NCBI GenBank assembly: GCA_007280205.1
Contig: QYPX01000070.1
Span: forward strand, 7 to 64,006
Length of the DNA: 64,000 nt
Source of the DNA: Comamonadaceae bacterium
GTDB taxonomy: Bacteria > Pseudomonadota > Gammaproteobacteria > Burkholderiales > Burkholderiaceae_C
Direction: 5' to 3'
The translations under genes and the position numbers were made by a program. Under the pieces are notes generated by a model. The model saw only the letters and a list, made by a program, of their open reading frames with translations, did no database searches and was not told where the DNA came from. The first letter of the stretch is position 1; each line of letters opens with the position of its first letter. This document shows positions 34,614 to 46,126 of the stretch, one piece after another.

Positions 34614-36008
34614 TCAAAAGGGCTGAGCAACAAGGTCGTGACCGTCGGTTCCAACCACCCTGGCTCGAGTAAATTCACCTACCTTCAGAGTTTTACTGAT
34701 TTTCTCTGGTGGCAGCAACTTCACCACGCCGTCAATCTCCGGGGCGTCGGCGTAGCTCCGTCCCAAGCCGCCCTTTTTGCCAAGGCCTGGCGCCGCATCT
34801 ACCAGGACTTGCATCGTAGAACCAAGGCGCTGCCTCAGTTTGGCCACTGACACAGCCTCAGCCACCGCCATGAAACGCGCACGCCGCTCCTCCCTGACTT
34901 CAGGTGGCAGCATACCTGGGAGATCGTTGGCCGCTGCGCCTTGCACGGGACTGTAGGCAAAACAGCCGGCACGATCAATTCGCGCCTCCTGCATAAAGTC
35001 CAATAAATGGGAAAATTCGGCCTCGGTCTCGCCCGGAAAGCCAGCGATGAAAGTGCTGCGAACCACGATTTGTGGACAAATTTCGCGCCAACGCTGGATG
35101 CGTTCAAGATTTTTCTCGCCACTGGCGGGTCGCTTCATGCGCTTGAGTACATCCGGGTGACTGTGCTGAAATGGAACATCCAGATACGGCAAGACCTTAC
35201 CCTCGGCCATCAGCGGTATCAACTCATCAACACTGGGATAGGGGTAGACGTAATGCAAGCGTACCCAAGCAGAAAATGGCTCAGCCATTTCACCAAGAGC
35301 CTGCACCAGTTCCAGCAATCGCGTCTTGATCGGCCTGCCCTCATGGAAGCCTGTTCGGTATTGAACGTCGACCCCATAAGCTGAGGTATCCTGACTGATC
35401 ACCAGCAACTCCTTGACACCGCCCTCAAACAAGGCTCTGGCTTCCCGCAGCACGTCGCCAATCGGTCGCGATACGAGATCACCCCTCATTGACGGAATGA
35501 TACAAAAGGTGCAGCGGTGGTTGCACCCCTCGCTGATCTTTATATAGGCATAGTGGCCGGGTGTGAGTTTCACCCCCGCAATACCAAACGAGTTTGGAAC
35601 CAGGTCCAAAAATGGACGATGCGGTCGAGGTAAATGTGTATGCACTGCATCCATCACCTCCCGTGTCGCCTGCGGTCCGGTAACCGCCAGCACCCTTGGG
35701 TGCAACTGTCGCACCCAATTGGCTCCATCCGCCAGTGTTTTGGCACCGAGGCAACCCGTCACGATAACCTTGCCGTTCTCTGCCAGGGCGTCACCAATCG
35801 TGTCCAGGCTCTCCTTGACCGCGTCATCAATAAAGCCACAGGTATTCACAATAACAAGATCAGCCCCCTGAAATGTCTTACAGGTCTGGTAACCCTCTGC
35901 AGTCAGTTGCGTAAGAATCAGTTCCGAGTCCGTCAGTGCCTTGGCACAACCCAGGCTGACGAAGCCAACCCTGGCCGTGTGATCGCTGTTGTCAATAACT
36001 ACATCCAT
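34614..36008 (-). CDS. rimO: Ribosomal protein S12 methylthiotransferase
   Basis: [19 protein letters not shown] radical SAM motif, DAPEIDG TRAM domain. Confidence 0.96.
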   Translation of the reverse strand: MDVVIDNSDHTARVGFVSLGCAKALTDSELILTQLTAEGYQTCKTFQGADLVIVNTCGFIDDAVKESLDTIGDALAENGKVIVTGCLGAKTLADGANWVRQLHPRVLAVTGPQATREVMDAVHTHLPRPHRPFLDLVPNSFGIAGVKLTPGHYAYIKISEGCNHRCTFCIIPSMRGDLVSRPIGDVLREARALFEGGVKELLVISQDTSAYGVDVQYRTGFHEGRPIKTRLLELVQALGEMAEPFSAWVRLHYVYPYPSVDELIPLMAEGKVLPYLDVPFQHSHPDVLKRMKRPASGEKNLERIQRWREICPQIVVRSTFIAGFPGETEAEFSHLLDFMQEARIDRAGCFAYSPVQGAAANDLPGMLPPEVREERRARFMAVAEAVSVAKLRQRLGSTMQVLVDAAPGLGKKGGLGRSYADAPEIDGVVKLLPPEKISKTLKVGEFTRARVVGTDGHDLVAQPF

Positions 36009-36038
36009 TAACTCAATTTCCCTGCATTCATTGTCCGA

Positions 36039-36572
36039 TCAGCGCTTGATCCCGAAGGCACCCAGCATTTGACCGGTCTGCTTCTGCATTTGTTCCTGCA
36101 TCTGCTGCAGCAAGCTTCTAGATTGCTCCAAGCTGCCTCCCATGATGCCCTGTAGCGCAGGAGACTCGGCAGCCAGGAACTGTGTCCACATTTCAGGACT
36201 CAATCCTTTGGTTTGCTCAGAGAACTTCGCCTGCACCTCCATCAAAGTCTGAATGTTCTTCTCCAGATAGCCGCCCATAAAACCCTGCATCGCATTTCCG
36301 TAAAAGCGGATCACACTGGCCAGCACCGGAGCGGTAAACATGGGAGAGCCATTAGATTCTTCCTCAAGAATAATCTGAAGCAAGATGCTTCGCGTCAGAT
36401 CCTCTCCGGTCTTGACATCGCGCACAGTAAAGGGCTCGTTGCCCATCACCAGGTGCTTGACTTCTGCCAAAGTGATGTAACTTGAAGTGGCAGTGTCATA
36501 CAGCCTGCGATTAGGATACTTCTTGATGACACGCTGCGTGACTTTTGCGTCTGCAGTTTTCTTGCTTTGCAT
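36039..36572 (-). CDS. phaR: Polyhydroxyalkanoate synthesis repressor PhaR
   Basis: RVIKKYPNRRLYDT..SSYITL, EDLTRSILLQIILEEE, IRFYG. Confidence 0.95.
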   Translation of the reverse strand: MQSKKTADAKVTQRVIKKYPNRRLYDTATSSYITLAEVKHLVMGNEPFTVRDVKTGEDLTRSILLQIILEEESNGSPMFTAPVLASVIRFYGNAMQGFMGGYLEKNIQTLMEVQAKFSEQTKGLSPEMWTQFLAAESPALQGIMGGSLEQSRSLLQQMQEQMQKQTGQMLGAFGIKR

Positions 36573-36604
36573 GGGAACTCCAGTGGCCTGGATTGAGGCC
36601 ATCA

Positions 36605-36631
36605 AAAATGTATTGCACTGCAGCACATTTT
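36605..36631. promoter_or_regulatory. Putative PhaR autoregulatory operator
   Basis: Near-perfect palindrome AAAATGT-AT-TGCACTGCA-GC-ACATTTT with a TGC-rich core, overlapping the TAAAAT -10 of phaR. Confidence 0.55.
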
Positions 36632-36691
36632 AGGGAACACCCCAACGCAGCATCCCAAGGTTTACCCTGAGATTGCGTGAAAAAAGGAATT

Positions 36692-36768
36692 TGGTAGGCG
36701 CGATTGGACTCGAACCAACGACCCCCACCATGTCAAGGTGGTGCTCTAACCAGCTGAGCTACGCGCCT
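36692..36768 (-). tRNA. tRNA-Val (GAC)
   Basis: Minus strand AGGCGCGTAGCTCAGCTGGTTAGAGCACCACC-TTGACAT-GGTGG...GGTTCGAGTCC...CCA. Confidence 0.97.
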
Positions 36769-36860
36769 AAGGATTGCCCGAGAGGTGGGAGTATAGCAGC
36801 AAGCGCAAAGTCATTCTTTGTCCACCGCATCAGCCCTTCATAAATCCCGGATGAGTGATA

Positions 36861-36884
36861 ATTGACGTTTACGTTAACGTCAAT
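36861..36884. promoter_or_regulatory. Putative LiuR (MerR-family) operator
   Basis: Palindrome ATTGACGTTTACGTTAACGTCAAT resembling the LiuR TTACGTwwACGTAA motif, upstream of an acyl-CoA dehydrogenase-pathway gene. Confidence 0.65.
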
Positions 36885-36901
36885 TGTTTTTGGAGATCAC
36901 T

Positions 36902-37660
36902 ATGGACATTGCAGGCAAGGTATTCATCGTTACGGGTGGCGCATCGGGTTTGGGCGAAGGCACCGCCCGTATGCTGGCGAGCAAGGGCGGCCAGGTGCTC
37001 ATTGCCGATATGCAAGTAGAAAAAGGCGAAGCGGTGGCACAGGAAATTGGCGGCGCTTTCGTCAAATGCGATGTCAGCCAGGAAGGTGATGGGCAAGCTG
37101 TCGTGGCGAAGGCCGTGTCCATGGGAAAACTGATGGGCTTGGTCAACTGCGCTGGCATCGCTCCAGCTGAGAAGACAGTCGGCAAGAACGGCGCGCACCA
37201 TCTTGACGTATTCAGCAAATGCATTACCGTCAATTTGATTGGCAGCTTCAATATGATTCGCCTCGCGGCTGACGCGATGTGCAAGAACGCTCCAGAGTCG
37301 ACGGGTGAGCGCGGCGTGATGATCTCCACCGCGTCGGTGGCTGCTTATGACGGTCAGATTGGCCAGGCCGCTTACAGCGCCTCCAAGGGTGGCATTGTCG
37401 GCATGACACTTCCGATCGCTCGCGACCTGGCTCGCAACGGAATTCGCAACATGACCATTGCCCCAGGTATCTTCGGTACCCCCATGATGTTCGGCATGCC
37501 CAAGGAAGTGCAGGATTCACTGGCCGCCAGCGTGCCCTTTCCATCGCGCCTGGGCACACCACTAGACTATGCGAAGTTGACCGTGCACATATTTGAAAAT
37601 GACATGCTCAACGGAGAAGTGATCCGCCTTGACGGAGCCATTCGCCTGGCACCGCGCTAG
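36902..37660 (+). CDS. 3-hydroxyacyl-CoA dehydrogenase type II (HSD10-like SDR)
   Basis: TGGASGLG, NCAGI, ASVAAYDGQIGQAAYSASKGG, GEVIRLDGAIR. Confidence 0.9.
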   Translation: MDIAGKVFIVTGGASGLGEGTARMLASKGGQVLIADMQVEKGEAVAQEIGGAFVKCDVSQEGDGQAVVAKAVSMGKLMGLVNCAGIAPAEKTVGKNGAHHLDVFSKCITVNLIGSFNMIRLAADAMCKNAPESTGERGVMISTASVAAYDGQIGQAAYSASKGGIVGMTLPIARDLARNGIRNMTIAPGIFGTPMMFGMPKEVQDSLAASVPFPSRLGTPLDYAKLTVHIFENDMLNGEVIRLDGAIRLAPR

Positions 37661-37740
37661 GGACTCTGCGAACACAGTCGTCACCCAACCGATGACGCGC
37701 CAGGCGTCGGTCGGTGTGCGACTGCGCCACAATAAGAACC

Positions 37741-39630
37741 GTGAGCATTCCCCAAACCTTCATTCAAGAACTGATCGCGCGCACCGACGTGGTCGAAATC
37801 GTCGGGCGCTATGTGCAGCTGAAGAAAGGTGGCGCCAACTTCAGCGGTCTGTGCCCATTTCACAGCGAGAAATCACCCTCTTTTTCAGTCAGTCCGACCA
37901 AGCAGTTCTACCATTGCTTCGGTTGCGGCAAGAACGGAAATGCCATCAGTTTCCTGATGGATCATGCGGGGATGACTTTTGTCGAAGCCGTCAAGGATCT
38001 GGCTCAAAAATATGGCTTGCAGGTACCAGAAGAAGATGCCAGTCCTCAGGACCGAGCCCGGGCGGCTGAACAACGACAAAAACAGGTCACTCTGAACGAC
38101 GTGCTTGAGAAGGCGGCGCAAGCCTATCGCAAGCATCTCAAAGACTCCGCCAGAGCGGTGGACTATTTCAAACGGCGCGGCTTGTCGGGTGCCGTTGCCC
38201 GGCAGTTCGGGCTGGGCTACGCCCCGGAAGGCTGGCGCAGTCTGGCCAGTGTCTTCCCGAACTATGACGATCCCTTGCTGGTCGAAAGCGGATTGGTCAT
38301 ACTGAACGATGAAGCCGGCACAGCCGAGAAGCGCTACGACCGCTTTCGGGATCGGGTCATGTTTCCGATCCGCAATGTGAAGGGTGAATGCATCGGCTTT
38401 GGCGGCCGCGTGCTGGGCGATGAGAAGCCAAAATACCTCAATTCACCTGAGACCCCCGTTTTCAGCAAGGGTCGCGAACTGTATGGCCTGTTTGAAGCCA
38501 GAAATTCCCTGCGCGAACATGGATACGCCCTGGTGACAGAAGGTTACATGGACGTGGTTGCGCTGGCCCAGCTCGGCTTTCCCAATGCCGTGGCAACGCT
38601 CGGGACCGCGTGCACAACCGAGCACTTGCAAAAGCTGTTTCGATTTACTGACTCTGTCGTATTCAGCTTCGACGGTGACGATGCCGGACGCCGTGCAGCG
38701 CGCAAGGCGCTCGACTGCGCACTTCCCTTTGCCAGCGATGTGCGCAGTGTCAAGTTTCTGTTTCTGCCGTCGGAGCATGACCCCGACAGTTTCATTCGTG
38801 AGTTTGGCAAAGAGGCCTTCGCACGCTTCGTCAGCGAGGCGGTACCTTTGAGCCGATTCCTGATCGATGCCGCCCGAGAAGGCTGCGAATTAAGCACCGC
38901 AGAGGGTCGCGCCCATCTGGCAAGCCGTGCCCGGACCCTGTGGACACCCTTGCCCGATGGCGCCCTCAAGAGACAGTTATTGGCCGAAATTTCCGACCAT
39001 GTGCAACTGGCCAGCGCCGAACTGATTGACTTGTGGACCTCCGTTAACGATGCAAATCAGCACGTCAATTCAAGGCGTCACCAAGGCGGCAAAGCTTTCA
39101 CCGGCGGCGAACATCAGGATCCGTTCAAATATCCTTTGCGACGCGCCCGACTCAAGGGACGAGCGTTGCCAGTGAGCCGCGCAGACCACGCGGCCCGATT
39201 GCTGCTGGGACACATGGCAGCATTGGACCTGTTGTCGGCGGAGGACCACTCGATGCTGTGCGACCTACCCGAGCCCCACGGCGCCCTGTTTGTCTGGCTG
39301 GAGGGTCAACTGCATGAACACGGAGCACAGCCTTGGGTCGCACTGCGCGAAGGTCTGCGGGGACATGATCAAGAGCAGATGGCGGTCCACCTGATGACAG
39401 ACTACGAACTCGGGCCAGCCGAAGAAGCGGATGCAACACTTGCCGAATTGCGCAATCTCCTGAACCGGATGCTGGTTGAGCGGCTGAAGGTACAGGAGAC
39501 GCAGGCCATCCAGGATGCCAAGGCGGACCCATCCGCCCTGCTTCGCTACCGCGAATTGCTGGCACGCCGACGTCAGTTGGAAGCCAGCCTGTCCGCGGCG
39601 CCAGATCAAGCCGATCTGGCGCCAAGCTGA
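37741..39630 (+). CDS. dnaG: DNA primase
   Basis: CPFH...CFGC zinc finger, KYLNSPET, EGYMDV TOPRIM, DPD; GTG start. Confidence 0.97.
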   Translation: MSIPQTFIQELIARTDVVEIVGRYVQLKKGGANFSGLCPFHSEKSPSFSVSPTKQFYHCFGCGKNGNAISFLMDHAGMTFVEAVKDLAQKYGLQVPEEDASPQDRARAAEQRQKQVTLNDVLEKAAQAYRKHLKDSARAVDYFKRRGLSGAVARQFGLGYAPEGWRSLASVFPNYDDPLLVESGLVILNDEAGTAEKRYDRFRDRVMFPIRNVKGECIGFGGRVLGDEKPKYLNSPETPVFSKGRELYGLFEARNSLREHGYALVTEGYMDVVALAQLGFPNAVATLGTACTTEHLQKLFRFTDSVVFSFDGDDAGRRAARKALDCALPFASDVRSVKFLFLPSEHDPDSFIREFGKEAFARFVSEAVPLSRFLIDAAREGCELSTAEGRAHLASRARTLWTPLPDGALKRQLLAEISDHVQLASAELIDLWTSVNDANQHVNSRRHQGGKAFTGGEHQDPFKYPLRRARLKGRALPVSRADHAARLLLGHMAALDLLSAEDHSMLCDLPEPHGALFVWLEGQLHEHGAQPWVALREGLRGHDQEQMAVHLMTDYELGPAEEADATLAELRNLLNRMLVERLKVQETQAIQDAKADPSALLRYRELLARRRQLEASLSAAPDQADLAPS

Positions 39631-39639
39631 TGGTATAAT
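39631..39639 (+). promoter_or_regulatory. Extended -10 promoter for rpoD
   Basis: TGGTATAAT immediately after the dnaG stop. Confidence 0.65.
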
Positions 39640-39862
39640 CCAACACCCGATTCTCGGCAAGAGCGACAGCAGCACCTCCGGCCCGGCCAAACGCTGACAT
39701 GGTTCACAACTGGCTATTTTTCGCAAGGACTGCATACCAAATGTTCGCCCGCAGATCTTGCCCTCTGAGATATTTTTTTGCCGCCACTCAGACAACGTTT
39801 CTCGCATAGTGCGTTGATTGGGTTTGTTGAATGCGTCTGTTTTCTAAATTCTGAGGTTTTTC

Positions 39863-42238
<2,376 letters not shown>

Positions 42239-42282
42239 CCCCTGTCGGCAAGCCCTGCCCTGGGTGGGTGGGGCTGCTCGCC

Positions 42283-43509
42283 CTAGTCCAGCAGCGTGGC
42301 GTAAACCAGGTTTCTAAAAAGCCTGCGGTAGTACTCACGCTGATTGGGTGCCTGCAACATCAGGCAGGCAAATAGATCTTCCGCCGGGTCTACAAAGAAA
42401 GTGGTCCCGGCCATCCCGCCCCAATAGTAGGCACCGACGGACCCCGGCTCCGGGGCCAGGCCTGCTTCCTTGCGAACCGCAAACCCGAGGCCAAAGCCGT
42501 AGCCCAGGGGAAGCAATTCGCGCGAAGCACCACTGTTTACTGGAATGGATCCAAGATGATCTGAGGTCATGTAGGCCACGGTCCGCGATCCGAGCAAGCG
42601 CACACCATCGAGTTCACCCCGATTCAACAGGAACTGCAGGAAGCGTGCGTAGTCAAGCGCGGTTGACGCCAGACCCCCGCCACCCGACTCCATCACGGCA
42701 TCCTCACGCAAGTCAACCAGACGCATCTGCATGGCACCGTCTGGATCGCGCGCGAAAGGTTCAGCAATTCGGTACTGATGCTGCTCTGGCACAGAAAACC
42801 AGGTCTCCTCCATACCCAAGGGAGCGAAGATGTTTTCTCGCAAGAAAGCACCGAGCGTGGTCCCGCTGATCACCTCGACCAGGCGACCCAAGACGTCGGT
42901 CGAGCGCCCATATTCCCATGCCGCACCAGGCTCAAACATCAGTGGCAACGCAGCAAGTTGCAAGGAGAACTCGGCGTTGCTTCGCTCACGCGAGCCGATC
43001 CGGTTCTGCGCATACTGCCGCTGTACCGAGCTGTTTCCCATGAATTCATAGGTCAGGCCGGCAGTGTGCCGCAACAAGTCCTGAACCGTCGCCAACTGCC
43101 GTACTTCCTGCAAATGGAGTACTCCCTCCACCTGACGCGCCACTTTTTGATTGGCGTACTCTGGCAGGTACCTGGCGACCGGATCGCTCAGCAACAACTT
43201 GCCCTGCTCCATCAGCATCATGGCGGCCACTGAAACCACAGGCTTTGTCATCGAGTAAATGCGAAAGATCGCATCCCGCGCCATTGGTGCGCCAGTCGCC
43301 GGATCCAGCACACCCAGGCTTTCAAACAAGGCCAATTTTCCGTGGCGTGCGATCAACACCACGGCACCGGGCAGGCGCTGACGGTCCACCTCCGCCTGCA
43401 GAGCGTCAATCAAGCGTCGAATGCGTTGTGGACAAATCCCAATACTGTCAGGCGGTACCACGCCAAAATTGTCCTCCTGAAATCGGCGACGATCCATAAT
43501 ACATTCCAA
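42283..43509 (-). CDS. Serine hydrolase, beta-lactamase/esterase family
   Basis: SMTK (SxxK), LLRHTAGL, YxS (YGRS), WGG motif. Confidence 0.85.
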   Translation of the reverse strand: MECIMDRRRFQEDNFGVVPPDSIGICPQRIRRLIDALQAEVDRQRLPGAVVLIARHGKLALFESLGVLDPATGAPMARDAIFRIYSMTKPVVSVAAMMLMEQGKLLLSDPVARYLPEYANQKVARQVEGVLHLQEVRQLATVQDLLRHTAGLTYEFMGNSSVQRQYAQNRIGSRERSNAEFSLQLAALPLMFEPGAAWEYGRSTDVLGRLVEVISGTTLGAFLRENIFAPLGMEETWFSVPEQHQYRIAEPFARDPDGAMQMRLVDLREDAVMESGGGGLASTALDYARFLQFLLNRGELDGVRLLGSRTVAYMTSDHLGSIPVNSGASRELLPLGYGFGLGFAVRKEAGLAPEPGSVGAYYWGGMAGTTFFVDPAEDLFACLMLQAPNQREYYRRLFRNLVYATLLD

Positions 43510-43627
43510 TAAAGAGACACAAAAGGCAAATTGTGCTCCCGAAAATTCAGCAATCGGAAAAGCGAACTGAAAGAATATCTCGTACCCAGAGGCTTGCTAC
43601 AAAGTGGTTCAATATGCCTTCAAACAT

Positions 43628-44704
43628 ATGAAAACATCTGCCACTTCAAAGACCGTGCTCGCACATATGGCACTGTCTCTGTATGTCATCGCGACCATGG
43701 GTTTGACCGTCCCTGCGACATCTGAGTTTTACAGTTGCCTGTCATCAACTCGCTGCGCGATGACCGAATTTCTTTTTAGCCCTTACCTTGACGTCAATAT
43801 TCCATTGCCGTCCTTAGCGCCGACAACAAAGTCGTCGTCATCCACCTTCAACCTGAACTGGCTTGAATCACCAGCCAGACCTGTCCCCGAAGGTATCAAG
43901 GCGCTGACGCTCGCATTCGCGACCGGCGAATGCGGCAACGAGCATTGGAACGGGGTTGCTGGTCAGGCAATCGCTGACTCGAACATCAAGTCATTTCAGC
44001 GCAGTGGCATCGACTACGTTATTTCAACGGGCGGCACGGCGGGCATCTTTACTTGCAGCAGCGAGCAAGGCATGGAAAAGTTCATCGCTCGCTATGGATC
44101 TCGCCATTTGCTGGGAGTTGACTTCGATATCGAATCCGGTCAATCTGAAATGGACATCAAGAACCTGCTTACCCAGGCGCAGCACGCGACCCAACGGCAC
44201 CCCCACCTACGCCTAAGTTTCACTCTGGCGACGCAGGTATCGGCGGAGGATGGCAAGGCCACCTTGAACTCGCTCGGCAAACAGGTGATGAAAGCAATTT
44301 CCGAGGTTGGCCTCAAGAACTACTTTATCAATCTGATGGTCATGAACTACGGTGAAGCCAAGTCTGACAATTGCGTTGTCGAATCTAACAGGTGCAATAT
44401 GGCAGCATCCGCTATCCTGGTGGCCGAAAATTTCAGCCGTCAATTCAGTGTGCCCATGCGGCGCATTGAGCTAACGCCGATGATTGGCGTCAACGATGTA
44501 ATAGACAACATCTTTTCCTTGCACGACGCGCGCACGCTCGGGCGATTTGTCGCGACAAACGGACTTGGAGGCCTGCATTACTGGTCTCTCAATCGAGACC
44601 AACCGTGCCTTTCCGGCTTGACGGCCGTGTCTCCCACCTGCAGCAGTCTCGCCGGAACGAACGGACTAGAGTTTGGCTTGATATTCGCCAACAATTTCCG
44701 ATAA
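43628..44704 (+). CDS. Secreted GH18 chitinase-like glycoside hydrolase (start uncertain)
   Basis: FSPYLDV, LTLAFATG, ISTGG, GVDFDIE (DxDxE), MVMNYG, LTPMIGVND, WSLNRD; hydrophobic N-terminus. Confidence 0.8.
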   Translation: MKTSATSKTVLAHMALSLYVIATMGLTVPATSEFYSCLSSTRCAMTEFLFSPYLDVNIPLPSLAPTTKSSSSTFNLNWLESPARPVPEGIKALTLAFATGECGNEHWNGVAGQAIADSNIKSFQRSGIDYVISTGGTAGIFTCSSEQGMEKFIARYGSRHLLGVDFDIESGQSEMDIKNLLTQAQHATQRHPHLRLSFTLATQVSAEDGKATLNSLGKQVMKAISEVGLKNYFINLMVMNYGEAKSDNCVVESNRCNMAASAILVAENFSRQFSVPMRRIELTPMIGVNDVIDNIFSLHDARTLGRFVATNGLGGLHYWSLNRDQPCLSGLTAVSPTCSSLAGTNGLEFGLIFANNFR

Positions 44705-44777
44705 CAGGGGGCAACTGCCACGAGGCCTGATTGGCACGATGCTGCATTCCCGGAAACCGCAAGCAACTTGCAATTCT

Positions 44778-44793
44778 TGGCACGATACGTGCT
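44778..44793 (+). promoter_or_regulatory. Putative sigma54 (-24/-12) promoter for the amino-acid ABC operon
   Basis: TGGCACGATACGTGCT with correct GG-N10-GC spacing. Confidence 0.6.
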
Positions 44794-44974
44794 TGATCTC
44801 AGCTTGCATAGTCGCCAGGGATGCACATACCGCTGAAGTTTTTGCATTTGCTGCAAGAGTAAACCCCGATGCGTGCGCCTTACGGCGGCTGTTAAAGTTG
44901 GCTTCTGGGGTAACTCTCGGCGTGCGCTTGTGCGCCAATTTTGTTGATTCAACTTTTTATCTGGAGTAACGTAA

Positions 44975-46009
44975 ATGCATCTGAACAATCTTAAAACCAT
45001 CGTCGCCGTTGTGGCCGCCATGGGTGCCATGGCAGCGACCCCGGCGCAGGCAGGCAAAACGCTTGATGGAATCAAGGCGCGTGGCCAGGTGATATGTGGC
45101 GTACATACTGGTTTGGCTGGTTTCAGTGCCGCAGACTCTGGTGGAAAATGGGCCGGCATTGACGTTGATGTGTGCCGCGCGGTGGCTGCCGCCACTTTGG
45201 GCGACAGCGAAAAGGTGAAGTATGTTCCGCTGGTTGCCCAGGCCCGCTTTACCGCACTGCAGTCGGGTGAGATTGACGTTCTCTCGCGCAACACCACCTT
45301 CACCTTGACACGAGACGCGTCGCTCGGGTTGAGCCAGACCGCCGTTACCTACTATGACGGCCAGGGCTTCATGGTGCCAGTCAAGAGCAAGATCAAGAAT
45401 GCCAAACAGCTCAAGGGCCAAACCATTTGCGTCCAGTCCGGCACAACGACCGAGAAGAACCTGACCGATTTTTCCAAGGCCAACGGATTGAATGTCAAAC
45501 CTGTTGTTTTTGAAAAACTTGACGCAGTAGAAGGTGCCTATTTCTCCGGTCGCTGTGTGGCGTACACCACGGACGCTTCCGGTCTGGCTTCGGTCCGCAA
45601 CAAGTCGGCCAAAAATCCGGCTGACCACCTGATCTTGCCGGAATTGATTTCGAAGGAGCCGCTCGGGCCATTGGTTCGTCGTGGTGATGACGAGTGGGCA
45701 GCGATCGTCAAATGGGTGATCTATGGTCTGCTTGAAGCCGAGGAGTACGGCGTTACCGCAGCCAATGTCGATGAGCTCAAAGCCAATAGCAAGGACCCGG
45801 TAATAGGTCGTATCCTCGGGACGACAGAAGACACCGGGAAACTGCTGGGCCTGGATAAGGAATGGATGGCACGTGCGGTCAAGGCAACCGGCAACTACGG
45901 CGAAATCTTCGAACGTAATGTGGGCCCAAAATCAGCACTGCAATTGCCCCGCGGCTTGAACAATCAATGGAACAAGGGTGGCATCCAGTACGCCCCGCCG
46001 ATCCGTTAA
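44975..46009 (+). CDS. aapJ: General L-amino acid ABC transporter substrate-binding protein (AapJ/BztA-like)
   Basis: Signal peptide, DVCRAVAAA, RFTALQSGEIDVLSRNTT, ISKEPLGP, GNYGEIFERN. Confidence 0.88.
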   Translation: MHLNNLKTIVAVVAAMGAMAATPAQAGKTLDGIKARGQVICGVHTGLAGFSAADSGGKWAGIDVDVCRAVAAATLGDSEKVKYVPLVAQARFTALQSGEIDVLSRNTTFTLTRDASLGLSQTAVTYYDGQGFMVPVKSKIKNAKQLKGQTICVQSGTTTEKNLTDFSKANGLNVKPVVFEKLDAVEGAYFSGRCVAYTTDASGLASVRNKSAKNPADHLILPELISKEPLGPLVRRGDDEWAAIVKWVIYGLLEAEEYGVTAANVDELKANSKDPVIGRILGTTEDTGKLLGLDKEWMARAVKATGNYGEIFERNVGPKSALQLPRGLNNQWNKGGIQYAPPIR

Positions 46010-46017
46010 GTGGCAGC

Positions 46018-46094
46018 TGAACAGGGTGCAGGCCATGCCAGTACCCTGTTCAATATTCAAGGGCAGATGCATCTTGCGCTGCCCTTTTCCATTT
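46018..46094 (+). terminator. Tandem intercistronic hairpins after the SBP gene
   Basis: TGAACAGGGTGC...GTACCCTGTTCA, then AAGGGCAG...CTGCCCTT followed by T-rich sequence. Confidence 0.55.
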
Positions 46095-46126
46095 CAAAAG
46101 TATCGCAACTCAATCCAAGAAATCCC

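Noticed and set aside
42283-43509. Serine hydrolase as a beta-lactam resistance gene
   Set aside because: No clear signal peptide, and WGG replaces KTG, which fits family VIII esterase-like proteins better.
43515-43600. Possible c-di-GMP-I riboswitch upstream of the GH18 gene (GGCAAA...GAAA)
   Set aside because: Lacks the GACGCAAA element and the P1/P3 pairings.
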